The notes under the pieces are model-generated. The model was not told the DNA's origin, made no database searches, and worked only from the letters and a program-made list of their open reading frames with translations. The translations under genes and the position numbers were made by a program. This document shows, piece by piece, positions 63,656 through 64,000 of a stretch of DNA of 64,000 bases. Source of the DNA: Camelus ferus. Its lineage: Eukaryota. The stretch covers positions 118,546,001 to 118,610,000 of the forward strand of contig NC_045697.1 of the NCBI RefSeq assembly GCF_009834535.1, in the 5' to 3' direction. Positions within the stretch are counted from its first letter, which is position 1. The number at the start of each line of letters is the position of its first letter.

Positions 63656-64000
63656 TCAGTGGAAGGCTAAAGAACCCTAAATTCCAAAAGAGACAAATAA
63701 CGAGCCCTAGGAGGGAAGAGATGTGGGCATTTGCATCCCAGATGAAGCGGAGGCAGGAGACAGTCGCCCACAGTCAGGTCACGAGAGGCCGGATGAGCGT
63801 GCGTCGAACTTCTAGCTGCTGCGTGACAGAGGAGAACCCCCCGGGGAGCCCCTCGGCTGAGACTGACTCACCTTCCAGGCTTGCAGCCCAATGTAGGGGT
63901 GTGCTCCACAACACACACCTGACAGGTGACACGTGAAAGGGAACAAGAAAGGGACCCAGGGGCAAGAGAGAACCGTCAACAGAAACAGACCAAGGAATGG

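Noticed and set aside
1..64000. Prokaryotic-type systems (CRISPR arrays, operons, defence loci)
   Set aside because: The sequence is a mammalian intron-exon locus with no regularly spaced repeat-spacer array or dense ORF packing.

Overview
Mammalian genomic DNA, probably camelid, judged from five copies of a tRNA-derived SINE resembling Vic-1 and from cetartiodactyl-type L1 3' tails. The window holds the complete coding sequence of GUCY1A1 (GUCY1A3, soluble guanylate cyclase alpha-1 subunit) on the minus strand. There are 8 coding exons from ATG at 49777 to TAG at 21531, all introns GT-AG and in phase, 2085 nt = 694 aa. A probable long 3' UTR runs to about 14.5 kb. The non-coding 5' exons appear to lie beyond the right edge. 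The rest is intronic or intergenic DNA with SINEs, L1 tails, L2, solo LTRs, a DNA transposon and microsatellites. I found no previously undescribed system. The most notable signals are (1) extreme exon-specific GC3/CpG enrichment inside the gene, with 161 of 162 codons G/C-ending in one exon, (2) apparent loss of a redox-regulatory cysteine inside one of the GC-rich patches, (3) two same-family solo LTRs in direct orientation bracketing the last exon and 3' UTR, (4) inverted SINE pairs around internal exons, and (5) 5'-inverted L1 insertions. Comparisons with human or rat sequence and repeat family names are from memory and need alignment or RepeatMasker confirmation.
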